DNA of 63,430 nucleotides, filler included, from Eremomyces bilateralis CBS 781.70 (GCA_010015585.1; 16 parts of 16 records of this genome joined end to end with filler, not necessarily neighbours in it), one strand, 5' to 3'; positions 36,419-48,938 are shown, counted from the first letter of the whole stretch. A program made the numbers and translations. The notes: generated from the letters alone by a model not told the origin.

Positions 36419-37459
36419 CTACTCCTCCTCAGTATCAGGAATGACGAAAGGCCTATCATCGCCAGAATCCTGGGCTTCACCATCCACAGCAGTGGATTTG
36501 AAGAGCTGACCAGCGAAATTCGACTTTCTGGCCTTGAAATGGTTGAACGAATGGCTTCCATCGTCTTCTTCAACAACCTGAATGACACCTTTCGTGGAGA
36601 GACGGAGGTTCAAGGCGCTGAAGGTGCCGGAAAGTCCCTTTTGGACCCGCTTGAACCATCGTTGGTGCTTCTCGAGGTGAGACGAGTGGTTGACAAGTTG
36701 AATCTCCGCCACGGCAAGCCTTTGCTTCAAATCCAGCAGCTCTGCGTTCGTCTCGAGAGCCATCGCGTTTATGTGGTCCATCTTAGCAACGAGTGCGTCC
36801 TATGGGATCCTATTAGCATCGAAACCACCAAGATCGCATGGAATGACTCACAATGTCCATCTTCTTCCTCTTCCTATCCTTTTGTGGCTTGGAGAGTGGA
36901 GTCAAAACACCAGGAACCGATGTGCCGCTATGAAGGCGCCAAACGCCAAAGATGCGCGTGTTCCGGCCTTGCAAGCCATCGTACATCTCTCGAATGGTGT
37001 TGAAGGCTCTCGCAGGTACCGGTTGGTTAAGTTCGATCGCAGTTCGGACCGCAAGGACGAAAGGAGCAAGCGATTTCCAAAGACTGGACTCAATCTCCAA
37101 CAATTAGCACTCGCCTAAATTGAAAGGGCACAAAGAGGTCAACAATGTACCTGAACACATTGATTGCCTGCTCTCGCAAGGCAATTCCCACATCGAGCTG
37201 TCGCCGTCGTCGCTGCATGCTCCGAAGGAGCAGGGAAACGGCACAACTCCCAGTCGTTGGGATCCTCAAGAGTCGCAAGAGACCGCAAGCACTCATAACA
37301 TGGGAAAGTGCATGGCTTCTGAGTCTTGGCGGACTTGATCCCAGCTTCGCGGAACCCTTTGCTTCGCGCAGCCGGAGAGTAGGGGACAGCAGTACCGTCA
37401 CCGTCGTCAGAGTCAGAATCAGACTTGGACGCGATCTGCTGGCGCGGAAGGGATGACAT
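36419..37459 (-). CDS. Antisense 3-exon gene inside the chromovirus, 310 aa (Zn-cluster-like, NLS, coiled coil); complement(join(36419..36799,36852..37094,37151..37459))
   Basis: Phase-0 introns GTACAT..GCTAAT..GAG (56 nt) and GTGAGT..GCTAAT..TAG (52 nt) join three ORFs into a stop-free frame. Confidence 0.75.
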
Positions 37460-39337
37460 CACGACTAGAAAGCGTCAGCTAGACCAGAAATGGATCTTTT
37501 GGACCTGAATGCACCAATGCAGGGCTTCCTGGTACATTGGGACCTTACCGGTTTTTCGGGTCCAAATGGGTCCAAACGGATCAAGTGGGTCGAAATGGTC
37601 AAAACGGAATTCAAGAAAAAGTGGACTGAAGTGTTTTTGGCAAGTGCAACCGGGTGCCAAGACTCTGCTTACATAGGCAGAATTTTCTACAAGTTTCAGG
37701 AATTCTTACCTTTTAACACAGTCATTTGGGCATCACCGAAATTTCTTGGGCTGTTCGGGACGAGCAACCCCTAGAAAGGGGGTATTGTGAAGATTCACTA
37801 TCTGCATGAGCCATTTGGGCCCTTTGGGCCCAGGTCGGATTATCTTTCATCCTTACCCCGCTTTTGAGGTATATAATGCCCCGCACGAATCCTACCAACT
37901 CTCAACGGTAGCGATTCGCGCTGTTACACATTACACGATTACATACAATACAAATACGTTGATACAGACTTCTTGATCTATTCAGTTGCCTACAGCAATC
38001 CAATATCACCCAGGACTACCAATCCTTGACAGNNNNNNNNNNNNNNNNNNNNNNNNNNNNNNNNNNNNNNNNNNNNTTAATTAATTAANNNNNNNNNNNN
38101 NNNNNNNNNNNNNNNNNNNNNNNNNNNNNNNNATGGCTGCTCCCAGATGAAATTCGAGTCGAGTTGGCTCGACATCCTTATGCTCCGCTCCTAAGCACGT
38201 CTGAGGTAAAATGGGGGAGAGGATCTCGAGGACAAGAGTTGGAGGAGACTCTCCGGGACATGGACGATGGCGCAGCATACGCAGTCCGATTTCGAGCCTT
38301 TATGGTGGAGAATGCCGCCAGATTCCGGGAAGAGTCACAGAAATTGAATGCCACGAAAAGTCAGAAGAAACGACCAATGGGTTAGAGCGGCGTCGGCCGC
38401 CGAATCATCACCCGGAATTGCTCCAGACTCGAGCTCTTCTTGCCAAACGGCCACAACCAAGGGCCCGCCTTCATTGTCAATGTCTGCTCTTGGTGTATTC
38501 GCGCGAACAAGACAGAACGACATGGAAACTAGTGGAGATGGAAGAAACGAAAAGGAAAGTAAGACGGAGGAAGCGAGCAGATACTGTTGACACAATCAGA
38601 ACGATTGACCAAAGTGATGTTGTATCACCGATACAACGACGACGTTTGTAAACGTTGCCAAGATCTAATGGAGTGTGTTCTTAGCAAAGCCTACTATGGG
38701 ACAGCCGGAGAGACAGCCAGAGGGAATATTCACTGCATCAGATGGCGAAAACGAGTATGGGGATGATGCAGATGATAACGAGGATGATAATGATCCCCAG
38801 GAAACAGATGAGGAAGTTTTTGTCACTTTAGAGCCTCTGGATTTTGACAAATAATCCTTATTTATTGTTGCATACAAATCGTTGCACCTTTTGTACAAAA
38901 AGTAGCCAGACGGGCTGAAGCCCTGAAACCTTACTGCGAATTTATTCCTTAGTAATCATCGAGGGCTTGGCACGTCTGGTATAACGAGATAATCACCTGA
39001 CTTCAGTGTGTTGGGTCACGTGGTTTGTGTTTGCTCGGAGATGTCTATCTCTATCTCTTCACGCTGTATTTTAGATACATCCAATACATCGCTCTTCTCT
39101 CTCATACGTTATCTTTGCTCGATTGGAGTATTCTCCACAGAATCAATCACGTAACTAGTTAACTATAGATGTTAATAGTCAATATAGTCACGTAACTGTC
39201 ACTTTAGGGGAATTCATCCGCCACCTGACAAGCTCCGTGATTCCAGACCATTATACAAAGCATGTAGCGGCTACTTGGAAAGCGCCGATTTGAGTAGACA
39301 CGGGCAAGCGCCCCACTACTCGCTGCTGGTCGGATCC

Positions 39338-39509
39338 TGTGATGGATCAGAGGTCCGCAGACCTGGATGCCTTGTGGCCCTGTGGCCCGTTTGCTCTGTA
39401 AACACCAGAACAGATAAACGCCTCGCACACCTTAGATAGATTCCTCCTTCATAGCAACAATTCAATGTTTGCCTCACGATTGGAGATTCCCGACAGTGAG
39501 ACTCTTACA
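39338..39509 (+). mobile_element. Solo family A LTR, TSD GATCC
   Basis: 172 bp TG...CA; GATCC at 39333-39337 and 39510-39514. Confidence 0.92.
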
Positions 39510-39784
39510 GATCCGTACTATAGTAACAATTAATCCTGCGGAGAAGAGGCTAACTCATGTGCCGAACATGCCGGAAACAGCTTAGCTAGGAGTGTTTACC
39601 GAGGAGCGATCAGGGTACTTCACGAGCATGTTGCATTCTGCTCGCAATAACATACCGATAGCAATCCAAACAACACCTTTTTAAGAACACCCACCTCTCG
39701 GGATACGCAGTATATGCTCTCGAGTATTATTTCGAACGTCACTCATTTGGCCCACGATCTTAACTGCTCTACTCTATCTGAGCC

Positions 39785-41449
39785 ATGTCACCTCATCCAT
39801 TGGCCGGACCTTATACCCCGCTGTCGGTAGATGGGACCTTATCACTGTCACAGTTTATGGTCAGATTCAATCCTGACAACGTACCTAACGCTAAAGTCAT
39901 TCATACCGATACTATTTTGAACAAACACATTACTTATGGAGGACTACGTGAGCAGGCAGCAGCTTGTGCTTGGGGATTACGGAATCTAGGTTTAGGCGCG
40001 GGGAAAACGCTCCTCGCGCTGGTTCCAAATTCGACAGACTTCGTGTTGCTTGCGCACTCAACATGGTGGTCAGGCGCATGCTTCTCCCCTGCCAATCCTT
40101 CGGCGACTGCTACCGAGATTGCGCATTTCCTGACGCTTGTAAAGCCAGATGTTGTTGCAACAACCCCCCAACAGCTGCCGTCTCTCCGAAAAGGCTTGAC
40201 TCTGGCTGGCTGTCAAGCTACCATCATCACTCTCATCTCAAGGTCGGCAGGGCTGCCTCTGTTCCCCGACGATATCACCGGACGGACGAAGGACGAAGTT
40301 GCGCCGGTCTACGATCTTGCAAGTGATGGGCTCGATGGAAAAACCGCACCAGCAGTCATATGCTTCTCTTCGGGCACCACTGGCAAGGTGAAAGGGGTGG
40401 TATTATCCCACTACAACCTCATCTCCAACGTTCTGCAGTTCAGATGCTCCCTTCCTAGTATGGCCAACTCGTCGGCCCGCGAAGTCTTCTTCCCGCCCTA
40501 CTGCCATATTTACGGTTTATCATGTGTCGTGCTACAGGCCATGTGGCTCGGAGCATTTGTCTGTGGCATTCCTGCATTCGATCTCGAGCTGTTTTGCGAA
40601 AAAATGGCGGAGTACAAGGCAAACTGGGTACATGTTGTGCCTCCAGTGGCCATCATGCTGGCAGACTCTGATATCCCTCTTAAATATGATCTCTCCTCTC
40701 TTCGAAGGATCGTTATTGCAGCGGCACCAACCAAATACAGTCTACAGATGAGGCTCAAGGACCGCTTCTCTGGATCGGTTTTGGTCCTGCAAGGGTACGG
40801 TCTCTCGGAATGTTCGCCTTCTGTGCTCCACCAACACGAATCTGATGAGGCCGATATTGGTACGGTTGGAAAGGTCTTATCCGGTACCTTGGTCAGATTG
40901 GTTAACGCCAACACACATGAGGACGTTGCTCCTGGAGAAGACGGAGAGCTTTGGGTACGCGGACCACAAGTCATGTTGGGCTACGTTGGGGATCCCGAAG
41001 CTACCGCCAAGTCATTTTCGAGCGGATGGTTAAAAACGGGTGACATCATGAGAGTTGACCAGAAGGGAAATTTCTGGGTTGTTGATCGCTTGAAGGAATT
41101 GATCAAATACAAGGGGTTTCAGGTGGCACCGTCCGAACTTGAGGACCTCTTGATCAGCCATCCATACGTGTTGGAAGCAGCCGTCACTTCGATTTATGAC
41201 GACACACAAGCCACTGAACTGCCACGCGCCTATGTCACTTTGACCAAAGAGGTCATGGCCCGGCATGATCTTAACGTCGAGGAAGCGCTGCAGGAGATCC
41301 ATCAATGGCTCGATGGGCAGGTCGCTGGTTATAAAAAACTTCGAGGCGGCATCTTTTACATGCGGGAACTTCCAAAGACAGCAAGTGGCAAGATACTGCG
41401 AAGATTGTTACGGTCAGCGACGCCTCAAGCCAGCCCGAGTAAGCTATGA
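39785..41449 (+). CDS. 4-coumarate/phenylacetate-CoA ligase-like AMP-binding enzyme, 554 aa, with PTS1
   Basis: SSGTTGKVKG, GYGLSE, GELWVRGP, TGD, DRLKELIK, PKTASGK; C-terminal SKL. Confidence 0.92.
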   Translation: MSPHPLAGPYTPLSVDGTLSLSQFMVRFNPDNVPNAKVIHTDTILNKHITYGGLREQAAACAWGLRNLGLGAGKTLLALVPNSTDFVLLAHSTWWSGACFSPANPSATATEIAHFLTLVKPDVVATTPQQLPSLRKGLTLAGCQATIITLISRSAGLPLFPDDITGRTKDEVAPVYDLASDGLDGKTAPAVICFSSGTTGKVKGVVLSHYNLISNVLQFRCSLPSMANSSAREVFFPPYCHIYGLSCVVLQAMWLGAFVCGIPAFDLELFCEKMAEYKANWVHVVPPVAIMLADSDIPLKYDLSSLRRIVIAAAPTKYSLQMRLKDRFSGSVLVLQGYGLSECSPSVLHQHESDEADIGTVGKVLSGTLVRLVNANTHEDVAPGEDGELWVRGPQVMLGYVGDPEATAKSFSSGWLKTGDIMRVDQKGNFWVVDRLKELIKYKGFQVAPSELEDLLISHPYVLEAAVTSIYDDTQATELPRAYVTLTKEVMARHDLNVEEALQEIHQWLDGQVAGYKKLRGGIFYMRELPKTASGKILRRLLRSATPQASPSKL

Positions 41450-41709
41450 GGCTGTACGAGCTAGAGAGCCCCTGCAAAGTACAAATGAGACGATGTACAG
41501 AGTGTGAGCGAAAGTACTCCAACAGTTTCTTAGAACCTTTGCATCACAGGATCCTTGTGAGGCCACAGAGATAGGGTGACGCTCCTTTTACATCCCCCCG
41601 TGCTCCGTTTATGTTGGAAATCAGAGTTTATTACTTAGTCATCACACAAGATTCCTTACCTTATTTTGTACCTTACGTAATCCTAGTTATATCTACCTTG
41701 CAAGGTTTT

Positions 41710-41804
41710 TGTCGCACGTGATGTGCTAAAATGGTTGGGAGTGAGGTGCTGTTGTTCCAGCAGCGAAGTTGTTGTATTGTTGTGTTGTAGGTATCTGAAA
41801 GTTG
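41710..41804 (-). mobile_element. Partial Copia LTR (family D)
   Basis: Matches 63337 onward; no PBS beside this copy. Confidence 0.75.
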
Positions 41805-41904
41805 NNNNNNNNNNNNNNNNNNNNNNNNNNNNNNNNNNNNNNNNNNNNTTAATTAATTAANNNNNNNNNNNNNNNNNNNNNNNNNNNNNNNNNNNNNNNN
41901 NNNN

Positions 41905-43586
41905 TGCTGTACGATAAGATCAGATCCCTATGCTCTTCTCTTAGAGTAGTTATTGCAACTACTGCTCTTGGAATGGGTATGGATATCCCTGATATTATGG
42001 TGGTTGCTCAATGGGGTCTTCCAATCGGCCATAATCTCGGTAATATTTGGCAACGGGTTAGACGGGCTGTTCGAGTGAAGCAAGCAATCAACGGGATGGC
42101 TTTTATATTCCTGCCATACTATGCGTTCGACTTAATGGGACAGGATCCTGTTCAAATGCCGAGTTCGCGTAATAATCAGCCATTGTCTCAGAAGAAAAGG
42201 GGAAAGCGGAATACGATCCGGTTACCTAATACCACCCACTCACCATCGCCATTATTGCAAGGCGGTGGAGCTGAGTCTGACTTCTCTGAACAGTCTGATA
42301 ATACCGAAGCAGTCAGTCAAGAGAACTCGCAATTAACTGTCCCAAAGTCTAAGAAGAGGGACAAGTCAGATGGTCCACCTCTATAGACTGTTGATGAACT
42401 TAGGCATAGGGCAACCCTCCTAATAACGATCCGTTCTCTTGCCAACGCGCTATGCAGACGGCAGGTATTCCTTACGGAGTTTAACGAGGACCAATGCGAG
42501 CCAGATACTACCCCCATTCGAGCAGACAAGAAGGTCTGTTGTAATGGGAAGGAGTGTAATCTGGCATTGTTCCAGTTGCCACCAATGCCTGATACCCCCC
42601 TCAAGTCTACCAAACCTGGCCGAGAGACTAAGGCAGGTATTGCACTGCATCTATTGGTTATGTGGTGTCTTGAATAGGTGGAATCGATCTTCCCACGAGC
42701 GCAGCAAATGATTCCAATCCTAGCTGGGGTGATCATTCCTCAAGAAGCGCAATGGGCTATTGCTCGTATGTATACCTGTGCGAAGAACTTAACAACGATA
42801 CCTATACTAGATCAGGAGGCATTGTTAGCCCTCTTTGATATCGAAAACTAGGAATATCGAAACGCCCTACTCGATCCTTTGCTGGTATTCCTTGTCCAGA
42901 TAGTTCCAGACGTATACTCGAAGCATGCCGCGATACTAGAGGAACGAAAGTGTAAGAGGAACCTGAAGGCACTGGCCGGAAAGGCTACAGGGGCTGCTGC
43001 TCAAGACTTGGGGAGTAATCCTCAAGACTTGAGTATTATACCTAATCCCACTCTATCTAAAGAGGAAGAGGTTGCTCAAGATGTCCGCAGTCGTCAGTCG
43101 GCAGATGATAGGGATGGGCTCCGGGTTATCATGCATAACGAGCTTCTTGCGCAGAAGCTTAATGAGTATCGGGAAATATTCAAACCCCGCCATTGGCCCT
43201 CGTTTTCATCACTGCCGGAGATATCGGAAGGGTCGCAGGAATTAGGAAGCTCGTTTGTCGGAGGAGGGGAGTCATCGTTCGTATCACAGTCTAGCGTTAA
43301 GTTAGATTCTGGTACAGATAATAAGACTACGATCCCCTCGGATATAAAAGCTCCTATACCTGTTGACATCCTGTCGCGCAGCCAAACGACCAAACGAGCT
43401 GCTCAAGATTCTTCTTCAGGTATGCGCAAGAGAAGTCGGACGCCGCTTAGGGAAGTATCTGGAAACCAGGAGAAAGGACAGATCACCAGACAAGACAGGC
43501 CGAATACGCCTAAACGAGCTGGTCTTCGTACTCATGTACAGTTGACGCCAAAAGGGAAGGATCTATGGGGGAAGAGTGGTAAATAG
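41905..43586 (+). pseudogene. RecQ-like helicase, C-terminal part, with in-frame stops
   Basis: ATTALGMGMDIPDI, WQRVRRAVR, CRRQVFL..CCNGKEC; TAG stops. Confidence 0.7.
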
Positions 43587-43728
43587 AAGAACAAAGATTT
43601 GGACGTGTTTTGGTTGGGAGAACTTCGGATGGCCCTTTTTAGACTAGTGTCCTTTTATTTCCAGATTTGTACCAACTTCAAAGGAAATGGGGTGGGTAGG
43701 AACCCATTGATTTATGATTATATATACA

Positions 43729-45115
43729 TCATCTTGTAGACCTTAATAAGAAGATTCCAGCAATGTTATCATTTTTGAAAAATATGAAAGATTGGTAGGG
43801 ATATTGCACTTTGAAGTGAGCGATAACGCAGTCAAAGAATATCATCATCTTCAACAAGCCCATCTTCACAAGCCTCAGAGTAGGTAATTGCTTGTGAGAT
43901 CTCAGGGTTATGAAGATCCAAATCCATCTCTTCATTAAGGTCAGGATCAGCCTGGGGGATGATACTAGAGCGGACTGGTATCCGATTGTTGAAGGAATTG
44001 ACCTTTTGTTCTAAGACCTCAGCACCAATCCGGAAGATATCAGGCGCGTCCCAACCAACAGCTTCACGAGGTTAGATGGTGAGCAAAGGACTGCGTAGAT
44101 ATAGTTGAAGCGCGCGACTAAAGATATCCCGTTAATCAGCTTTAGTGGTATGTCGATCGCTTTGGGTAAAACCAAATGAGTTCTCCCATACTCCACGAAT
44201 CTTAGAGAAGATATTACTTAATAATGCGACTCTACTAAAGGTTTTGTCTGCATTATGTGTTGAATTCTTCAACAACTTTATATTAATCTTGTATACGCAA
44301 TTAACGTGTTTAAGGGCTAGATTAATAGCCTTAAACTGGCCTGGTTTGCTATGCAAATTCATAAGACTAGATGATAGTATTGCGTCGCGGAGAATCTTCT
44401 CTGAAACGCATTCAGATAATACCCAACGAAGATGGAGCATTTTATCACCATACTTGTGCTGTCCAGTTGCGTAGAAGATAACTGCAAGTGGGTCGATTAA
44501 ACGGTTAATCCAGCCGATGTCGCCATTCTTGACTGCTTTACGCAAAGAAAGGAAGATGCTGATTAACTGGACAAGCCGGCAGAGACTTCGAAATTCAAGT
44601 CCATATTGTGTCGTGTCCCATGCCTCTGGAGAGAATGCCAGTATGTAGACCTCTTTTATTATAGAGATAAGTTCTTCTGGCTCCAGGTTCTGGATAATTA
44701 GATCCAGTTTCGAACTTAGACTGGTATCTTCAAGGAATGCCTTTTAGATATGCCCTCGTCTCGTAAGAACATGGTACCATAGCATTAAGACACGAGCATA
44801 AAATGATTGCTTAAGCAGAGGGTCAAACATGTAGAACTTTGGGGATTCTCGAGTATATCCTTTTCGATCCCAGTAGATGATATCCGATAGAAGCGTTGTA
44901 TCTGATAGTAGTAAAGGCTTCGCATCCGATGGTAGTGAAGGCTTTGTATCCGATGGTAGTGAAGGCTTTGTATCCGACGGTAGTAAAGGCTCCGTATCAA
45001 AATGGATACGGACGATCGTTAGGATTAGATTCATGAGGACATGGAATAGTCCAGGTGGACCTAACATCCATCTCCGTCTGTCAAAAGGTAGAATAGCATT
45101 CTTCTGTGCCTCCTT
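43729..45115 (-). pseudogene. DUF6589/Academ-like transposase remnant convergent with the RecQ fragment
   Basis: GLFHVLMN, FYARVL, AVKNGDIG, GQHKY and AILSSSL parallel the 18800-21407 protein; stops; 3' boundary approximate. Confidence 0.7.
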
Positions 45116-45313
45116 NNNNNNNNNNNNNNNNNNNNNNNNNNNNNNNNNNNNNNNNNNNNTTAATTAATTAANNNNNNNNNNNNNNNNNNNNNNNNNNNNN
45201 NNNNNNNNNNNNNNNCTCCATGCTGAGATTATAAGAGAAAGAACGGATTGAATATTGACGCTGTCCCTGGGCGAAGAGGAGGCAAAATACGCGCTAGGCT
45301 CAGTTGAGCGATT

Positions 45314-45394
45314 AATTTCCATCATCACTAGCGCGGGGGGAAAATCTCACGGGGGGGCAAAATCTCAAAAGCGGGGGGGAAAATCTCACCAGCC
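45314..45394. mobile_element. Probable DNA-transposon terminus, 3x G-run/AAAATCTCA, ending CACCAGCC
   Basis: Related to 29786-29867. Confidence 0.5.
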
Positions 45395-46280
45395 GAATTT
45401 TAATTTAAATAGCAATGTCAGAATGGTGGGGAGTGCGCAGCTTATGGGTTGCGCAGAATGACGGGGGTTGAACTTAATGCACCCGCAACTAGGGCTTCAA
45501 GACGCCAATCCTTGTAATTTGAAGCGATGAAACATGAACGGTCATTCATCGTATCGCGCCGATGAACATCGAACATTGGATAATATTAAGCGTCTCTGCA
45601 TCAAATCAACATCCTGGAATATGCCTTTCTTTGCATGCGTGACTCCGGTCTGGATTCCACATTGCGCTCTTCCATCGTTGCGTCCCGTTGTGAAATGCCG
45701 ATGATGACCGTTCGCCCGCATTTTACATGAAACCATCCCACCAATATCCCACTTCCGGGTTTTGAAAGGGCGTGGAAGAGTCGATCCAGTTCCTAGCAGC
45801 AGCAAAGTTACGATGAACGAATTTATGATACTAATCCTTGTTACGGCAAGACAAGAAATTAAGTGCGGATGCGGAGTGCGGTAGTTGAAAGTACTTTGGG
45901 CGGCTCGTTGGGAAATACTCAAGGAGTCTTTGTGGGCCTTTTTTACTCAGGTACCACGCCATGTGGTCTCTGATATAGCCACCAGTTCCCTTGAGGCCGA
46001 TCCATATCGTCTCCTCTAACTATCGGAACATTTACCATAGCATAGGGTAGTCCTGGCTCAAAACCCTTGGAGGCTGCCAGACTTCATTAACTCCTAGTGG
46101 TGATCATTTAGTCCATCCATGCCCCGTAGAGCAATTCCGGGTATTCCGTACACTAGCTAATATTACTTATGCACTGGCCCAAGTTATACCAGTATCTATA
46201 TATATGGTAGTATCTCTACATAAGACGTGGAATTACAGCTTGGATTGTCGTGGAAGACAGGATTCATCAGTAACGAAATC

Positions 46281-47942
46281 ATGCTCTCGCTTCTTCTCCT
46301 TCAGGGACTCTTCTCTTCCCTCGTCCACTGCAGTGGGCAGCCATGGGTTGTGGGTCAGGCAGTGGGAACGACGAGTGGGCTGGCGAAAGGGCGGAAATCA
46401 CCAACGTACCCCGAAGTTTCTGAATATCTAGGGATTCGATTCGGGCAAGATACATCGGCCCAAAACCGCTTCATGCCGCCAAAACCCTATTCTGGGACTG
46501 GAACAATGAATGCAACTTCTTTTGTGAGTATAACTACAATCTAACGGACGCAGAATTGGAATTCTAACATCGAGTAGCCAGCGTATGTAGCACATTCTGC
46601 ATATACCGTACTTTGATCAAGCTCAGTGTGATTTATCCAGAGCTTGTCCCCAAGTCGCGCCTCCAGGACCGCCGGGCGCCTTCCCAATACCAGCAGTAAC
46701 AAGCGAAGATTGCCTTTTTATCAACGTTTGGTCGAAACCCCAGTCCGGGGAAACAAGAAAAGCAGTCGTACTCTACATTTTTGGCGGAGCCTTTATCGGG
46801 GGTGATGCTTCCGCTTCGATTTCCAACGGCGCTGGCCTAGCGAACAACGAGGACGTCATCGTGGTCGCTCCGAATTACCGTGTCAATGTTTTCGGATTCC
46901 CGAGTGCCCCTGGACTCACCCAGAAAAATCCCGGGCTCTTAGACCAGCGACTCGCCGTGGAATGGACGAAGAAGAACATCGCCGCGTTCGGTGGAGATCC
47001 AGACCGCATTACTATCTACGGCGGATCTGCCGGTGGCTCTTCGGTCGATTATTATGCGTACGCATGGACGAAAGACCCGATTGTAAACGGACTGATCGCA
47101 TCATCTGGCACTGCGATGATGACCGGGCCATTCTCGCTGACGCGCCCAGGAGACTCGAATGACGGATGGTACAAGCTGAGCGCCAGTCTTGGATGTGGAG
47201 GTGCAGAAGCCGGAGAGCGCACCATCGCGTGCGCCCAAACGAAGTCCATGAAAGAAATCCAAGCTGCAATTCCTATTCCCAGTGGAACCGGAGTCAGCAT
47301 GATCACAGGCATGTTTGGTCCCATGGTCGACAATCAGACCATCTTTTCCGATTACTATGAACGAGCGAAGGCCGGAAATTTCATTCAACGGGTATCGCAT
47401 GATTCCATAGATCTTGATTTATAGTCCTCGACTGACGGTAGCAGCCCATGCTTGTTGGCAGCAACCACAACGAGTCCCTTCTTTTCACGACGCTTGGCAA
47501 CATCACGGATCCAAAGGCTGCCACCTCTTTGGAAAATGGATTCAACTGCGGCGCGGCGGAGGCGGCAAAGGCAAGATCGCTTCTCGACGTTCCAGTATGG
47601 AGATACCATTTTGCAAATAACCCGCCGAACTCAACTTTGGGTGCGCTCCACGGTATGGATGTTATGTATGTTTTCGGAGATGGTGTAGAAGGCGTATCCA
47701 AGTTGCTTCAGTCCTCCTGGGCGACGTTCGTGAGAGATCCGAAGAAGGGGCTGTCTAAGATTGGTTGGCCGAAATATGATCCGAAAGGTATATCCGTCTT
47801 GTCTTTTCGAATGCGCATGTGGGATTCAACGCTGACTCTGAAAGGGAACACTCTGGTACGGCTTGCCTACAACAGCGTTCCAGTTGCGGACTTCGTTCCA
47901 GCCACAATGTATGATGGAACCTGTCCTACCAGTCAGATCTAG
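46281..47942 (+). CDS. Secreted type-B carboxylesterase, ~479 aa; join(46281..46523,46578..46582,46641..47391,47445..47787,47845..47942)
   Basis: Signal peptide, SEDCLFINVW, IFGGAF, NYR, GGSAGG nucleophile elbow, NHNE, ALHGMD. Confidence 0.88.
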
Positions 47943-48109
47943 ACGTCAATTTGAGACACCCTTTCGGTCCCGTTGCTTCTCGTTTTAAAATTGTGCTGAG
48001 AACAAATCCGTGAAGAAATGGGCTCCGCTGATATTTTTTTTGCGTTGAGCAATATATGTATATTCGTTCCCAAAATATATTTTACGACGTGGTACGAGCA
48101 CTCTACGTA

Positions 48110-48177
48110 GAAGAGAGAGAGAGAGAGAGAGAGATTCATACGCCCGTCAGGCCTCTCGGCGAGGCCCATGTGGGGAA
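48110..48177 (-). mobile_element. 3' end of a LINE/SINE-like repeat: GC hairpin and (TC)n tail
   Basis: Related copy on + strand at 50674-50728. Confidence 0.6.
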
Positions 48178-48720
48178 CTACCTAAGCTGACTAATTACAT
48201 ACATTGGTGCCTTGTGGCCTTGTGCCCCCATTTTCTATCTTCGGTCTTCTAACTAGCTTCTATATCTGCGGCTAACATAGGGAAATATTATAACTGTGTT
48301 AAGGGAATAAGATGGTCAGTTTGCTGAATGCCTCTGTTCTTCTAGGTTCTGATCTAGAGTGACGCTGCTCTTACTCGGGCACAGCGTCGGATCGGAGGGT
48401 TGGGNNNNNNNNNNNNNNNNNNNNNNNNNNNNNNNNNNNNNNNNNNNNTTAATTAATTAANNNNNNNNNNNNNNNNNNNNNNNNNNNNNNNNNNNNNNNN
48501 NNNNTCGATCATAGATATAGGTCAACTGACCTCACGTGATTAACCTAACCCGATTAGGATGGTGAGCCGAACCTTTTTCAGGGTCAGCCGAGCTGTCACC
48601 ACGCGACAGTAGTCTAGCTTTCACGTGAAAATTGTGGCTTTTTTCGCGACACAAAAACAACGCGAACTAAACACGTGTAGCTTACCACCAAATGTACCTT
48701 TAAACATGGTCACCATTTGA

Positions 48721-48777
48721 TCTCCCTTAACCCTCCACGTCTCCCTTAACCCTCCATGTCTCCCTTAACCCTCCATG
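48721..48777. repeat. 3 x 19-bp tandem repeat TCTCCCTTAACCCTCCAYG
   Basis: Seen directly. Confidence 0.85.
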
Positions 48778-48938
48778 TTTCCCTGTCTTCCGTAGCATAA
48801 CGCTAGAACCCGTATAACTCGCATCAGGACCCGGCCGTACAAGCGTAATAATGGTACGAGCTAGCTACACAGTCACGATAAGGTACAGTCCGCTAACCAG
48901 AGCAGTCATCAAAACGCGAATCGCTCGTCGTCCTCGAT

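Larger units (their letters stand above)
33994..38031 (+). mobile_element. Ty3/Gypsy chromovirus (LTR family B), 3' half: pol, 1.65-kb 3' region, PPT, 3' LTR 37786-38031
   Basis: Intact pol ORF; PPT AGAAAGGGGGTAT; TGTGAAG...CTTGACA. Confidence 0.92.

Noticed and set aside
36389..37003. 204-aa sense ORF as an env-like gene
   Set aside because: No signal peptide or clear TM segment; it shadows the spliced minus-strand gene
38133..38860. Possible gene fragment at the start of contig 8
   Set aside because: Short discontinuous ORFs with no recognisable motif
48721..48777. Interstitial telomere
   Set aside because: 19-bp unit with only a CCCTTAACCCT core, not tandem CCCTAA
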